Shown: positions 10,465 to 21,409, counted from the first letter of the stretch. The stretch: DNA of 64,000 bases from Pelagomonas calceolata (GCA_918797485.1 CAKKNE010000001.1:3844001-3908000); one strand, 5' to 3'. Numbers and translations: made by a program. Notes: generated from the sequence alone by a model not told the origin.

Positions 10465-11628
10465 TTACACAGGTTCGGGCCGCACGAACTCCCAGCCCGT
10501 CGCGAGCGCGTCGTCTCCATCTAAAAAGGAGGGGTCCGGCCCTTCGACGGGCGTGTCGACCGGCAGCGTCGTGAACCGCCCGTCGAAGTTCGCTCTATGA
10601 GCGGGCCGCGACAACGAGCGACAGGGCGCTATCGGCGGGTCCAACGCCCCGAGCACCAAGGCGTCAAAATCCACGCTCGCGAAGAACGCCTCCCCCCTCA
10701 ACTCGTCGGCGCCGTTCAACGCGCAGAGCCGCTGCTTCGGATGCCTTCGCAGCAACGCCGCGACGCAGGCGCCCGCTTCGGGAGGGACTGACGGTGGTAA
10801 CCTCAGAGGTGCTGACCGGATCCTGTCAAACAACTTCCGTCGGTCCGACGTGTACCACGCCGGCAATCCTGTTAACAGTTCATAACAACAGACGCCCAGG
10901 CCCCACCAGTCGACGGCCGTGCCGTAGCCCGACGGCTTTCGCGCTAAGACATCCGGAGCCATGTACTCTGGTGTTCCGCAGACGCTGTGCGCCCCGCGAA
11001 ACGGTGAAGTAACGCCGGCGCGCGCCAGGCCAAAGTCGCCGAGCTTCAGGTGGCCCCTATGGTCCAGAAAGCAGTTCTCTGGTTTTACATCTCTATAAAC
11101 CACGCCCGCCTCGTGCGCGCACTGCAGGGCTAACGCTATTTCCGCCCCGTAGAAGGCCGTCGCTTTCGCATCCAACACTCGTTTCTTGCAGAGGTGGTGG
11201 AATAATTCTCCTCCAGCACAATATTCAAACCCGAGGACCGCGTGGCCCTTCACTCGGAAGGCAAAATGCAGCTTGACGACGTGGGGATGCTCTAAAGTAG
11301 CTAAGATGGCTCGCTCATCCAGAGCGCGATCGAACTGCTTCCGGTCTTGCAACCTTGCCAGTGAAACGAATTTCAATGCATAGAGATCACCTGTCGCCTT
11401 CTGTTTGGCGAGGACAACCTTGCCAAACGACCCGACGCCCAACACGCCGATTCTCGTAAAGTCCGCGTCGCGGACCCTTGTTATACGTGTGAGCTCGACC
11501 TCGGTCTTCTTATTTTCAATTTCTTCGATGCGGCCGGGCGACGGCACGGCCGGCGCGTCCTCCTCCTCCCAGACCTCGTCGAAGTCGTCGAAGGAGATGG
11601 CCGTGACCTCGCCCTCCTGCGCTGCCAT
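10465..11628 (-). CDS. AGC-family Ser/Thr protein kinase (Akt/S6K-like)
   Basis: LGVGSFGKV, YALK, YRDVKPEN, DFGL, CGTPEYMAP, AGC C-tail NFDGRFT. Confidence 0.92.
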   Translation of the reverse strand: MAAQEGEVTAISFDDFDEVWEEEDAPAVPSPGRIEEIENKKTEVELTRITRVRDADFTRIGVLGVGSFGKVVLAKQKATGDLYALKFVSLARLQDRKQFDRALDERAILATLEHPHVVKLHFAFRVKGHAVLGFEYCAGGELFHHLCKKRVLDAKATAFYGAEIALALQCAHEAGVVYRDVKPENCFLDHRGHLKLGDFGLARAGVTSPFRGAHSVCGTPEYMAPDVLARKPSGYGTAVDWWGLGVCCYELLTGLPAWYTSDRRKLFDRIRSAPLRLPPSVPPEAGACVAALLRRHPKQRLCALNGADELRGEAFFASVDFDALVLGALDPPIAPCRSLSRPAHRANFDGRFTTLPVDTPVEGPDPSFLDGDDALATGWEFVRPEPV

Positions 11629-11823
11629 TGTTGTGTAACGCGGCGGCGTCGAGTCCTGCGGCGGCTGGCCACGGCTGCTTGGCACTCCAGCGCTTGTGGA
11701 ATCGGTTGCCTGACGGCACGAGCAGCGCGCGCTACTGGCTGCAGCTATGCTGAGCAATGCGTGCGATTGCTATCAAGCACTGCTAACGCACTGCTTCGCG
11801 TGGCGCACGGCTTTTTTGTGAAT

Positions 11824-14255
11824 AAGGGGGGGTGCACCAACCCCAAACCGGGTTTCTCAATCAGTTCCGGCGCAAAAATCTCGCAGACTAATTTTCGCGA
11901 CGTCTCAGCTCCGCGTTAGGTTCCGGGCACGGCAGAGAGAGCCCTGACACAGAAAAAACCGCCCGAAACGGCTCAGCAGAGGCTGAGAACAGAAACCAGA
12001 ACATCCTTCAACACGCTAGACGCGGCGACGCGAGGACGCCGCGCCGCTCCCGAGGGGCTATATCAATAGCCCAGACACGCACGAAGCCGTCATGGCCGAG
12101 ACCATGGCCCTCAGGGCCGGCGACGGCTCGACGGGCTCGACGACGCCGTTGGGCGACTTCGATTTACGCCGCTGGGGCGACGACGCCGTTATGACGGAAG
12201 GCGAGCGCAATGAATGGCGCAGACGGCACGCGAAGGCGGCGCCGGCGCGCGCGACGGATGAGTTACCCAAGGCCGACGAGGCCACGGCGCCGCCGTCGGT
12301 CAAGAAGCTAGTGACGCCGCCGTCGAGCGTGTGCGACCCCGACGAGACGGTCGTCGCCGACGAGCCGGTAGTGGCGCCGGAAGGCGTGATCGTTAGCGAC
12401 GGCTCGGACTCGGACGAGGGCTTGGCGCGCGACCGCGCGGCCCGGCTCGACGTGAACCGCCGATTACAAGAGATAGAAGCGCGTCAGGCGCGGCTCGAGG
12501 CGCGCCTAGTGGCGCGGATCGCGGCGTCCGAGAGGGGCGTCGCCGACCTGACCCGCCTCGTGGTCGGGCGGCCCGGGGGCCTGGGCCAGGGGACCCGCAC
12601 GGAAAACCCGTTTCGCCGAGCAAGCCGTTTTGGCCCGGGACGGGCGCCTGCCGGTGCGACGCGGACGCTCGTCCCCCGCCGGTCGCGACCGCGCCGCCGG
12701 GTCCTGAAACGACGCGAACCGGCCCTCCCGTCCGGCCGGCCTCAAGTTCAAGTTAGGCCAGAGCGGGCCTAACGTGCTTCGAGGTCGGCCCGACGGCCGC
12801 GACCGTCGCCGCCGATACCCCGCGCAGGAGTCGCTTATCGTCCGGCGATGGAGCGGAGCGCGGCGATTGGTTCGCGGAGCTCGCAAATCTCGCTTCGTGG
12901 CGGCCCCTCTAGGGCGTGTCCACGCGAGTAGACGCCGGCCGGGGTCCTCTTCGGCCGAGCCGCCTTCGTGGTCTAGCCCACCCCAACGGTGCTACGGCTC
13001 TACCCGGGGCCTCATTCGGGGAAACCTCGCTAACGGCGGTCTCATCTGGGACGTGTCGTGCGAGTGGACGCCGGCCGGGGGCTTCCTCCGGCCGCGCGGT
13101 CTTTGTGGTTTTTGACACGCCCAAACGCTGTCAGGGTTTGACGCGCCCCAAGTCGTTAGACGGTCAGCGGGCTCTCGCTTAGAGCGGGATTTTCGCGGGC
13201 TGTCGAAATCCGAGGAAATGTGCGTGCTGCGTCGCCGCCGAGGGATCATGGGAGGGGGCGAAACGTTGTCCTCAGGGCTCTGGCAGACCCCCCTCTCCCC
13301 TCGCCCGCGTTGTGGGGCGCCCCAATCTGTTGAGCTATCTACGCCGTCTGTGTTTGCGTCGTCGCGAGTGCGGCCGTTGAGAGCAGGCTTTGTATGAGTT
13401 CCGGTGCGCTACCGGGCCCAGACCTCCTGCGCGCGATTCCTGGCGCGTCTTGAAGGGGGGCTAGAGGGGCTAGGGTAAGAGCTTGGAGGGGGGGTTCTAG
13501 CGCAAGACCTCGATGAGCCTTGCGCCGGCAAATCCGGGGCAGTCCTCTGTGGGTTCTATGGAGTAGATACAGACAAAACTTACCGGAGAATAGGGGGATT
13601 TCGGGTCGTGGTGAGGCAAAAACATGCCGAAATGAGGTCGAAATGCCATTTTGAAGCGATTTGGGGGCCGGCTGGACAGACGGAGCGTCGCAGGACTTCG
13701 TTCGTGTACCATGCGTGGGCCGTGACCACTTGTATTGAAGCGTTCGTCCTCCTCGTGGCCGCTTTGGCCCCGTTTACGTCGTTCGCGGCAGGCGCTGCGC
13801 GGCCGCTGGCGGACTATCAGCGCTGGCATAGCTGAAAAAGAGGCGGGAGTGCGGGTCGGAACCTCATCGGGCAACTCACAAACACCCTCTTTCGGGCTGC
13901 GCATGCGTTTTGAAAAATGGCCCAATCCTGAACTCGACCGGTGTTGTGGGCAGCCCCTCAGTCTCCGCCGCGGAGTGCCGAAACTTCATCGGGGCTGCTC
14001 CTACGCCAGCACCAACACCCACTGATGATGCGCCATCGATGAAGTTTTTGCGTAGGAGCAGCCTGCGGCTCGGTAGAGGCGCTTAATGGCACAACGACTG
14101 CCAAAAGCGGCAATTTTAGGGTCCCGTATCGGCCCTCTCCAAACGCGAAGTTTGTTCGACGAGCCAGCTAGAAGCCTCCCTCCGGACAAATGCCCGGACT
14201 TGCCGGCGCAAGGCTGAACCGGAACCCGAGCGGCCATTTTTGTGCACCCCCCCGT
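11824..14255. mobile_element. ~2.4-kb non-autonomous TIR DNA transposon
   Basis: Perfect 12-bp inverted repeat GGGGGGGTGCAC (11826-11837)/GTGCACCCCCCC (14242-14253), flanked by direct repeat TTGTGAAT (11816-11823, 14256-14263). Fills the only long gene-poor gap. Confidence 0.7.
12092..12772 (+). CDS. Hypothetical coiled-coil ORF inside the putative transposon
   Basis: 226-aa ATG ORF; first two thirds look coding (RRLQEIEARQARLEARL), tail is low complexity. Confidence 0.4.
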   Translation: MAETMALRAGDGSTGSTTPLGDFDLRRWGDDAVMTEGERNEWRRRHAKAAPARATDELPKADEATAPPSVKKLVTPPSSVCDPDETVVADEPVVAPEGVIVSDGSDSDEGLARDRAARLDVNRRLQEIEARQARLEARLVARIAASERGVADLTRLVVGRPGGLGQGTRTENPFRRASRFGPGRAPAGATRTLVPRRSRPRRRVLKRREPALPSGRPQVQVRPERA

Positions 14256-14641
14256 TTGTGAATTAAGGCTGCTTTCCGCGGGTTTTGTCGGCTCGTCCGC
14301 GGATACCTATGATCCTCCACAAATCCTCGCTCCCGCAGACCTCTCCGCGGCCCCACTTCCGCAAGAGCCTCGCCCCCGTTTTGCCGAGCGCCGCCGCTGT
14401 TTGCTCTGGCTGGGGCAGCTTTGCACGCGCCGGGGGCAGCCCCCTTTCCAAGCCGCCGCCGCGATCCCTCGAAACGAGTCGCAAGGAGCAGGAATTCGAC
14501 CCGGCGACCGCATCGGGCGAGCACACCACTGGCAACAAAAGGGCAGCTGCAGCGCCCAGTGTTAGCACCTGGGCGCGCGGCGCGCGAGCAGCTGCATAGC
14601 TACAGCGCCGCGCCGACGGCGAAACAAGCCAAAAACAAGCC

Positions 14642-15277
14642 ATGGAGCTCGCGGTCTGCGCCACGCCGCTCACGCCCGTGGCCGCGGCCCGCGCCGCCGT
14701 CACGCTGCGGCGCATGAAGGCGAAACGTAAAGGTAAGAAGAAACTTCGCAGCGCGCCTCCAAAGGCCAAAATTACACGAGAAGCCCCGATCCTTCGAGCC
14801 CAGGAGGCCGCCGCGCGCTTGGAGGCCTCGACGTCAAGGCCACTGCCAGCTGTCCCTCAACAACGGCCGACGACGGGCGCCAAGATGCTGTCGTCGACGT
14901 TTCCGCCGCCTACTAAAGGTCCAGTGGCCGACGTCCAACGGGAACGGCTCAAGGCCAAAGAACGAGTCGCGAAGCACCGGAGGAAGGTCGAGGCGGAACG
15001 TAAAGCCAAGGAGCTGGACGAGGAGAAGCGTCGACGGCAGTACGCCCACGTCGACCTCGACCAATTAAGAGAGGAGGCCGCGAGGCGTGCAAAGGACGCG
15101 GCGGCGAAGAATGCGATGGCGGCGGCGAAGATCGCCGCGGCGTTGAAGGCTAAAAAGGAAGCTGCCGCCGCAAAAAGGGCCGCGGACGCGCGCGCACGGG
15201 AAAGACGTAGGGCGGAGATCTACGCGCTGAACCACATCATGCGCGACTATTTTCGTGGTTTAGGGGCCGTGGACTAA
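14642..15277 (+). CDS. Hypothetical basic coiled-coil protein
   Basis: 211-aa ATG ORF, K/R/E/A-rich helices. Confidence 0.65.
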   Translation: MELAVCATPLTPVAAARAAVTLRRMKAKRKGKKKLRSAPPKAKITREAPILRAQEAAARLEASTSRPLPAVPQQRPTTGAKMLSSTFPPPTKGPVADVQRERLKAKERVAKHRRKVEAERKAKELDEEKRRRQYAHVDLDQLREEAARRAKDAAAKNAMAAAKIAAALKAKKEAAAAKRAADARARERRRAEIYALNHIMRDYFRGLGAVD

Positions 15278-15354
15278 CTGGTCTTGTTCGGACGTGTGTT
15301 TACTACGTTAGTCGTGTTAGGGTAGGGATCGTCGTCGTGTCCGGTCGGCCCTAG

Positions 15355-16542
15355 CTACTTGCAGTAGCCAGGGATGCCTGGGGTGCGGCTCGTCTGCTTC
15401 GCGAGGGGGCAGTTGCCTTGGCACGTCACGCCGGGCATGATGTACTGCTCCAACTTGGTCCACTGATTACCGTCGTAGCCCGTGAGGACCCAGACAATCT
15501 CGTGCGTCGGCGGGCAGATCTCCGAGGCCGAGCCGGCGTAGGCCTCGCGGATCAGCGTGCCCTTGTCCGGCTTCGGCCGGTCCCACTTGCAACCCTTCTC
15601 CGTGCAGCGGCTCCAGAGCCCCTGGGACGTGTAGGTGAGGGCGCGTGACGTAGTGCCATCGCGTCCGGGGCCGATCGACGGCGAGCCCGCCACGGGGCGC
15701 GCGTCATCGTCGGTCCCGAGGTCGTCGTCGTGGACGTAGTAGTTAAGGTCGGCGTCGAGCTGGGCGCAGTGGTCGTTGGCCCACGTCGCGATGGTCCAGA
15801 ACGGGTTGACGGTTGAACCCCCTTTGTCTCCGTAGGGGGGACAACCTTGGCCATTGGAGGGGTCGATGGTCGTGATCGCCGTGATCGGGCAGAGGCCGAG
15901 CTGCTTGGTCACCCAGTTGTCGAGCTGGGCGGCGATTAACTTGCGGCGGTCTTCGCCTGTTGGTTTGAGGTTGTTGCGCAGCGCCTTCGGGCAGGCCGCG
16001 TCGCAGATCGTGTTCGCGCCGGGTAAATCATACTTCTCTGGACTGCCGTCTTCGGCGTGGCGCATGATGACGAGGGCGGGCGTGCACGTCGAGGGCGGCG
16101 TCGGCGTGGAGCTGCATCTGCCGCATTTTTCCGGTTCCTCGGTCGCGATTTTGCCGCACGCCGTGGCTGCGTCCTCCTTCTCTTGGTTCATCAGGTACGC
16201 GACGCGAGACCCGCAGGTCGCGCCGGGGTCCTCGGCGACCGGGGCCGACGCGTCCCATGGGCACGACTCGCCGCACGCGCATCCGCCGCAGATCTTCGGA
16301 GCCTCGGTCGCGACTTGGCCGCACGCCGTGATGGCGTCCTTGCCCTCGTCCTCGATGAGGTACTGCACGCGATTTCCGCACGTCGCGTCGGCGTTGCCGT
16401 CGACCGGCGCCGACGCGTACCACTCGCACGCCGCGCCGCACTTGTTGCTGTCGCCTTCGGTCTGGCCAAAGAGGGGCTTGCGCAACCCGCCCTGGCCCAC
16501 GGCGCCGGCGGCGAGGACCAATAGAAGGGCGGTGGCTCTCAT
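15355..16542 (-). CDS. Secreted protein with two Cys-rich repeats and a histidine-phosphatase-like motif
   Basis: Signal peptide; two TCG.RV.YL...ACG..ATE.P..CG.C repeats; LVIMRHAE. Confidence 0.75.
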   Translation of the reverse strand: MRATALLLVLAAGAVGQGGLRKPLFGQTEGDSNKCGAACEWYASAPVDGNADATCGNRVQYLIEDEGKDAITACGQVATEAPKICGGCACGESCPWDASAPVAEDPGATCGSRVAYLMNQEKEDAATACGKIATEEPEKCGRCSSTPTPPSTCTPALVIMRHAEDGSPEKYDLPGANTICDAACPKALRNNLKPTGEDRRKLIAAQLDNWVTKQLGLCPITAITTIDPSNGQGCPPYGDKGGSTVNPFWTIATWANDHCAQLDADLNYYVHDDDLGTDDDARPVAGSPSIGPGRDGTTSRALTYTSQGLWSRCTEKGCKWDRPKPDKGTLIREAYAGSASEICPPTHEIVWVLTGYDGNQWTKLEQYIMPGVTCQGNCPLAKQTSRTPGIPGYCK

Positions 16543-16722
16543 TATCTCCGCTGAAGTACTCTCTCTCAGGTTCTTGCTCCCAGAGTCTCAGTGGCCGGTT
16601 TTCCAAAGAGGATTGAAAGACCGTGCGATAAAGCCGTGCGCCAAAGACTCGACCAGGTGATGATCCAATTCGGCAATGAACCAGTTTTAAGGAGGTACCG
16701 CCTCGGGGTGCGGCTCATCAAC

Positions 16723-16745
16723 GCTAGCGGCTGTAACATACTAGC
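16723..16745. promoter_or_regulatory. Bipartite CTAG promoter-associated motif
   Basis: GCTAGCGGCTGTAACATACTAGC between divergent genes. Confidence 0.55.
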
Positions 16746-16961
16746 AAGTACCTCCTGATTATGATGGCGACGAGCACTTTATAGGACGAATTGATACACG
16801 CAGCAGCGCTCCCTCAGTCTGTGAGTGTCGCCGCGCTGCCCAGGCCAAATTGTGGCGCTGAGCACACGCGCAGCGCCTCCGTTTCATTCCGCTCTCAGAG
16901 AGTGGTCTCCCTGACCCTGATAGCCGGCGCACGCACGCGGGCGACACGCTGATCAAAAACA

Positions 16962-18050
16962 ATGTCCGAAACCAAGGCGCCGCGCCCGCGCAACGTTTTG
17001 ATCGCCGAGTTCGAGGGCCTCAGCAAGGAGGACGCCAGCCAAGCGCTCCGCGACGCCGGCGGCGACCTCGAGAAAGCCCGAGCGCTCGTGCGCCGCCGCC
17101 GCGCGAACCCCGACGACACGGACGACGACGAGCCCGCGGTGAAAGCCGAGCCGGCGCCGCCGCCGCCTCCGTCCGACGACGAAGACGAGGAAGAGTCGGA
17201 CGACGACGACGACGACGATTACGCATGTACCAGGGCCGAAATCAATACGCCATCGCGTCGATGGCGTGACGCGGTGGATTCCGCACAGGACTTCGACGAG
17301 TGGCGCAACAACCCCTACGGCAAGAAGCCCAAAGCAAAAAAGTCCAAGAAGCTCTCGGACGAAGAGAAGGCGCGGCGCAAGGAGGAGCGCGACCGGAAGC
17401 GCGAGGAGAAGAAACGCGAGGCGCAAAGAGAGAAGGACAAGTGGGCGCAGAACCGCCAATCATTACTGGAGGGCCGCGAGGCGAAGAGCACGCTCGCGAG
17501 CTACGCGGGCAAGTCGTCGTATCTGCACTCCGTCGGCGACCGGCCGAACTTCGCCGACGCGAAGCTGTTGTACGTCAAATCCATCAAGATGGAGGAAAAT
17601 GATTATGGAGAGAAGTACAAGCGCCTGCACACGTTCGCGATCGGCAATGACATTGTACAGTGGTGGGCCTCTACTTCCAACAAGGAGGCCAAGCTCATCG
17701 GCGATCCGGGGTGTGTGGTGGATTTTGCGGGCTCCATCTCGAAGCACTCGGAGTACGACGACTGCCAGATCACTACCGTGATGCGGTTGAAAGTGCACGT
17801 CGTCGACGGCGTGCGCGTCGCGCCCACGCCAAAAGAGAAGAAGAAGAAGGGCCAGAAGCTGTCGGACGACGCGAAGCCCTCGCCGGCGAAGAAGCCCCGC
17901 GTCGCCGGCGGCGCCGCGCGCCAGAAGTCCATGGACAAGGAGCTCTTGCGCGACGACGCCGTCGACGTGGATGATGAAAATAAAGAAATCGTCGACGGCA
18001 ACGACTGGCTCAAGCAGCTCGCGCGGCAGAGAGCGGAGCGCAGAAAGTGA
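16962..18050 (+). CDS. Hypothetical protein with N-terminal UBA-like segment; in-frame GC-AG intron 17223-17288
   Basis: FEGLSKEDASQALRDAGGDLEKA is UBA-like. The 66-nt intron carries the ACGCCATCG..CGATGGCGT hairpin and ends CCGCACAG. Confidence 0.7.
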   Translation: MSETKAPRPRNVLIAEFEGLSKEDASQALRDAGGDLEKARALVRRRRANPDDTDDDEPAVKAEPAPPPPPSDDEDEEESDDDDDDDYACTRAEINTPSRRWRDAVDSAQDFDEWRNNPYGKKPKAKKSKKLSDEEKARRKEERDRKREEKKREAQREKDKWAQNRQSLLEGREAKSTLASYAGKSSYLHSVGDRPNFADAKLLYVKSIKMEENDYGEKYKRLHTFAIGNDIVQWWASTSNKEAKLIGDPGCVVDFAGSISKHSEYDDCQITTVMRLKVHVVDGVRVAPTPKEKKKKGQKLSDDAKPSPAKKPRVAGGAARQKSMDKELLRDDAVDVDDENKEIVDGNDWLKQLARQRAERRK

Positions 18051-18151
18051 AGACGCGTGTGTAGTAAAGCGTTGCCCTGTATACTGTTCCCGTCGCTTCG
18101 ATGGCGTGAAGGGGTCGCGTTATCGTACGTGTGGTAGCGTGTGCGGTTTTT

Positions 18152-18173
18152 GCTAGCGCTGTAAGATACTAGC
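18152..18173. promoter_or_regulatory. Bipartite CTAG promoter-associated motif
   Basis: GCTAGCGCTGTAAGATACTAGC about 120 bp upstream of ATG 18296. Confidence 0.55.
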
Positions 18174-18295
18174 AACTGCTCCAGCTGGTAGTTTTTGGCT
18201 CGCATTGCGGCGCATTTGTGCCGCTGCTGCGTGAAATCAGAAGTGCTGGGCTGCGGCCACAACTGCTCGGCACTGGAGCTCGTTTGGGCATCACT

Positions 18296-19105
18296 ATGGA
18301 CGAATGGGACACTACACAAGCACAACTGGACGACGCCGACGAGGAGGGCGCCGTCCTCGCGCTGGCCGAGGGCTGCGCGGCGTTCCGCGCGGGCGTCGCG
18401 GCGGACGACGACGACGTCGAGCTGGTCGGCGTACAGACGCCGGCCGAGCGCGCCGCCGAGTCGCGGCGCCGCGCCGAGGCCGAGGGCAAAGTGCTCGAGA
18501 TCGACGACGACGTCGAGTTCCTCGGCACGCGCCAGGCCGAGCAGCGGCCGGTAAGGCGCCACCTCGCGGAACCACCACGACGAAAGTCGCCGCCGCCGCG
18601 CGACACGATCCGGACCTTCGGCGGCAGCACCGCGAAGCCGACCGGAGGCCGGTGCGCCTGCGCGTCGTGCGCCGCGATCGCGAAGTTCGCGGCCTACCCG
18701 GCCTGCAGCGTCTCGGCGCCGCCAGAACTAATTATTGATGGCGAGACGTGGCGCGCGCGGCAGCACGTCATGGACGCGCTGGACGCGCGCTACGGCGGGA
18801 TCCTGGTCTACGCCGTGCGGACGGAGAAGGAGAAGGCGCCGTGCGTCGTTATTAAGAGAGGCGGCCGCGGGCGGTCGCCTCCGCCGGCGCCGGCGCCCGC
18901 GCCGCCTAAGCGCGCTCGGGCCCGTGGCCCGCCGCCGCCGCCGCGCGAGGCGACGCGGCGCGGCGGCTTCGCGATCTCGGCGCGGTCGCGCACCGCGGCC
19001 GGCCTCGAGCCGCTCGTCGCCCTGGCGCCGACGCGACGCGGCGGCACTGGTGGGAGTACGGGCACGGTGTCGCGGGCGAAGCGGCCACGGAGACGGCCGT
19101 TGTAG
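18296..19105 (+). CDS. Hypothetical protein (acidic SIM-like motifs, Cys cluster)
   Basis: ATG 18296 in ORF 18218..19105; DDDDVELVG, VLEIDDDVEFLG, CACASC. Confidence 0.55.
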   Translation: MDEWDTTQAQLDDADEEGAVLALAEGCAAFRAGVAADDDDVELVGVQTPAERAAESRRRAEAEGKVLEIDDDVEFLGTRQAEQRPVRRHLAEPPRRKSPPPRDTIRTFGGSTAKPTGGRCACASCAAIAKFAAYPACSVSAPPELIIDGETWRARQHVMDALDARYGGILVYAVRTEKEKAPCVVIKRGGRGRSPPPAPAPAPPKRARARGPPPPPREATRRGGFAISARSRTAAGLEPLVALAPTRRGGTGGSTGTVSRAKRPRRRPL

Positions 19106-19175
19106 TAGTTCTGTAAAACACAACATGTTATCATAGCACCATCGCCGTCGGCGCGGGCCCACCCCACTCCTACTA

Positions 19176-19856
19176 TCACCGAGAAGAAGGCAGGGCCGTC
19201 CCCGGCTGCGTGTGCGCGAGGTCCGCGACGGCCGGGTGGGTAGGAGGCGCCGCGCCGAGGCGCCTTAACAAAGGCAGGAGCAGCCGGTTCTCGAGGAAGC
19301 GCGATACCAAGGCGGCGGGGTTGTCTCCCTTCGTATCGAGCGGCCGCGTGTGCACGCTGAGCGCCCCTATTTCGTTCGCCGCGAGGACGTCCGTCGCGAG
19401 GCGGTCGCCGACGACGGCTACAGTACTAGCGTCCGAGGCTGGCAGGGAGGCGACGACGCCCTCTAAACATTGCGGCTTCTGGGCCTCCGGGTGGCGCGCG
19501 ACCCGCAGCCCGAGTGCGGCCTCGCACGCCTTTGCGGCGTTATAATCGGGCGCGTCGTCGCCCGAGCCCGCGCTGTTCGACAGGACAATGCAGTTGTCGG
19601 CCCCGAAGGCGTCCTTGGCGCGTGTTATTGCATCGGCTACCTCTATGTGGGCGGTGTCGACGTAGGGCGCCGTCAGCGTGTTGTCCTTGTCAAAAATTAT
19701 GGACGCGACGCCCGCGGCGCGCAGGGCGTCGAAGTCGAGCGCGTCTACATTTGATACGGCCACGTGCGGCACGAGCAGGCCCGGCCTCCTTATTAGTGTG
19801 CGCGCCGTCGCTATTAGAGCTAATGGGTTCCAGGACTGGCGGCTGAGGAGGCGCAT
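19176..19856 (-). CDS. HAD phosphatidylglycerophosphatase (GEP4/YqeG family)
   Basis: IFDKDNTLT, LSNSAG, KP, VGDRLATD; 5' end uncertain. Confidence 0.88.
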   Translation of the reverse strand: MRLLSRQSWNPLALIATARTLIRRPGLLVPHVAVSNVDALDFDALRAAGVASIIFDKDNTLTAPYVDTAHIEVADAITRAKDAFGADNCIVLSNSAGSGDDAPDYNAAKACEAALGLRVARHPEAQKPQCLEGVVASLPASDASTVAVVGDRLATDVLAANEIGALSVHTRPLDTKGDNPAALVSRFLENRLLLPLLRRLGAAPPTHPAVADLAHTQPGTALPSSR

Positions 19857-20046
19857 CACCGTTGACTGCCTTCCGCCGTCGCCCAGCGGTCGCGTCGATG
19901 GCGTCAGCTCTAGCTGTACACGTCCGTGCGACGCTATCTATCGTTATGAAGGCGTAGTGCAGACAAGATGAGCAATCGTAAACCAACCGTAGATGAATGC
20001 AGCACGAATGGCCGTGCTTTGCCCTCGCAAAAGCTTGGCAGGGCTT

Positions 20047-20069
20047 GCTAGTGTGTTACAGCCGCTAGC
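20047..20069. promoter_or_regulatory. Bipartite CTAG promoter-associated motif
   Basis: GCTAGTGTGTTACAGCCGCTAGC. Confidence 0.55.
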
Positions 20070-20179
20070 CACGTTTTCCTTGCGCAGGCCCTGGAAGCCG
20101 CGCCCGGGCAGGCGGTAGATTTTACTGCACCGGTTTGCGTGATTCACAACAACATTCATGCTTATAATCAAACGCAAAG

Positions 20180-21409
20180 TCATTCGAGCCGCCGCAACGC
20201 CGATAACAGATCATCAATAAGATCGTCCGGGTCCTCGAGGCCGATAGACAGGCGGACGAGGAGCGGGCTCACGGCGTCGTCGTACTTGCGGCGCCACTCC
20301 GCGAGCGACTCGACGCCGCCCAGCGACGTCGCGCTCCGGAAGAGCGCCAGCGTCTCGGGCAGGGCCCGCGCCGCGGCCTCGGACCGGCACTCGACCGCGA
20401 GGATCGACCCGTACGACGTCATCTGGCGCGTTGCGACGGCGTGATCCGGGTGCGAAGCGAGCCCGGGGTACAGGACCCGTTGCAGTAGCCCGGAGGCCTC
20501 GAGCGCCTCGGCGACGCGCTGTGCCGTGGCGTTCTGCCGAGTGACGCGGACGTCAAGCGTCCGCAACGACCGCAGCAGCAGCCAGCAGTCCAGGGACCCG
20601 GGCGCCGCGCCGGCCGCGGTCCGGTGCCACGCCAGGCGGTCCGCCAGCTCCCCATCGCGTGTGATCGCAACGCCCCCCAGGAGGTCCGAGTGGCCGCCGA
20701 GGCCCTTCGTCGCCGAATGGATAACGCAGGCAACGTCGTCGTCCAACAGCCTCTGCGCAAGCGGTGCGAAGGTCGCGTCGACGACCACGTCAGCGGGTCC
20801 GGCGCAGGCCCCCGCGACGTCCGGCACGCGCAGGTCCGGGTTCCGCGGGCTCTCGAGCCAGACGACGTCGCCCTCGCCTAAATCGGCGGCCCCGCCAACC
20901 ATCTCGACGGCGGGGCCGAGGGCCGCGACCGCGTCGCGCGTGCCGTGGTAGCCGATGCCGTCGGTGGCGACGCGCGGCGTCCGCCCGTTCTCGCGCGCGC
21001 GCGCCGCGAGGCTCGCGAGCACGGCGTGCGTCGCCGCGTTGCCGCTCGCGAACAGCACCGCGCGCGCACCCCCGCCGCCCTCGAGCGCCGCGAGCACAGC
21101 TTCGCAGCGTTCTCGCGTCGGCGCGCTAATCCGCGAGTACACGTGGTCGGCGCCGTCGTCGAAGGTTGTCGAGAGACCAATCGGTGGAGCGACGTCGCTG
21201 TCGTGTGACGTTTTGTCGATCCCGGCGTCGGCGTGGACTGCTGCTGTCGCGGGTGCCCAGGTCGACCTCTGGCGTCGTTGCGACCCATCAGCACGCCTCG
21301 ACGGCTGCCGCGTCGCCCGGGACCGATGCCAGAGGGCGCTGCTTTGGAGGGCCCTCTGTAGCGGCCGCCGCGCGCTGTAACGCTGAGCCACCTGCAAGCA
21401 CGGCCGCAT
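20180..21409 (-). CDS. PLP-dependent Cys/Met metabolism enzyme (cystathionine gamma-lyase/synthase family)
   Basis: PPIGLSTTF, YSR...PT, LESPRNP, VVVDATFA, HSATKGLGGHSD, TSLGGVESL, RLSIGLED. Confidence 0.92.
   Translation of the reverse strand: MRPCLQVAQRYSARRPLQRALQSSALWHRSRATRQPSRRADGSQRRQRSTWAPATAAVHADAGIDKTSHDSDVAPPIGLSTTFDDGADHVYSRISAPTRERCEAVLAALEGGGGARAVLFASGNAATHAVLASLAARARENGRTPRVATDGIGYHGTRDAVAALGPAVEMVGGAADLGEGDVVWLESPRNPDLRVPDVAGACAGPADVVVDATFAPLAQRLLDDDVACVIHSATKGLGGHSDLLGGVAITRDGELADRLAWHRTAAGAAPGSLDCWLLLRSLRTLDVRVTRQNATAQRVAEALEASGLLQRVLYPGLASHPDHAVATRQMTSYGSILAVECRSEAAARALPETLALFRSATSLGGVESLAEWRRKYDDAVSPLLVRLSIGLEDPDDLIDDLLSALRRLE

Noticed and set aside
13497..14599. Short ORFs as transposase remnants
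   Set aside because: No DDE, zinc-finger or dimerisation motifs are visible.
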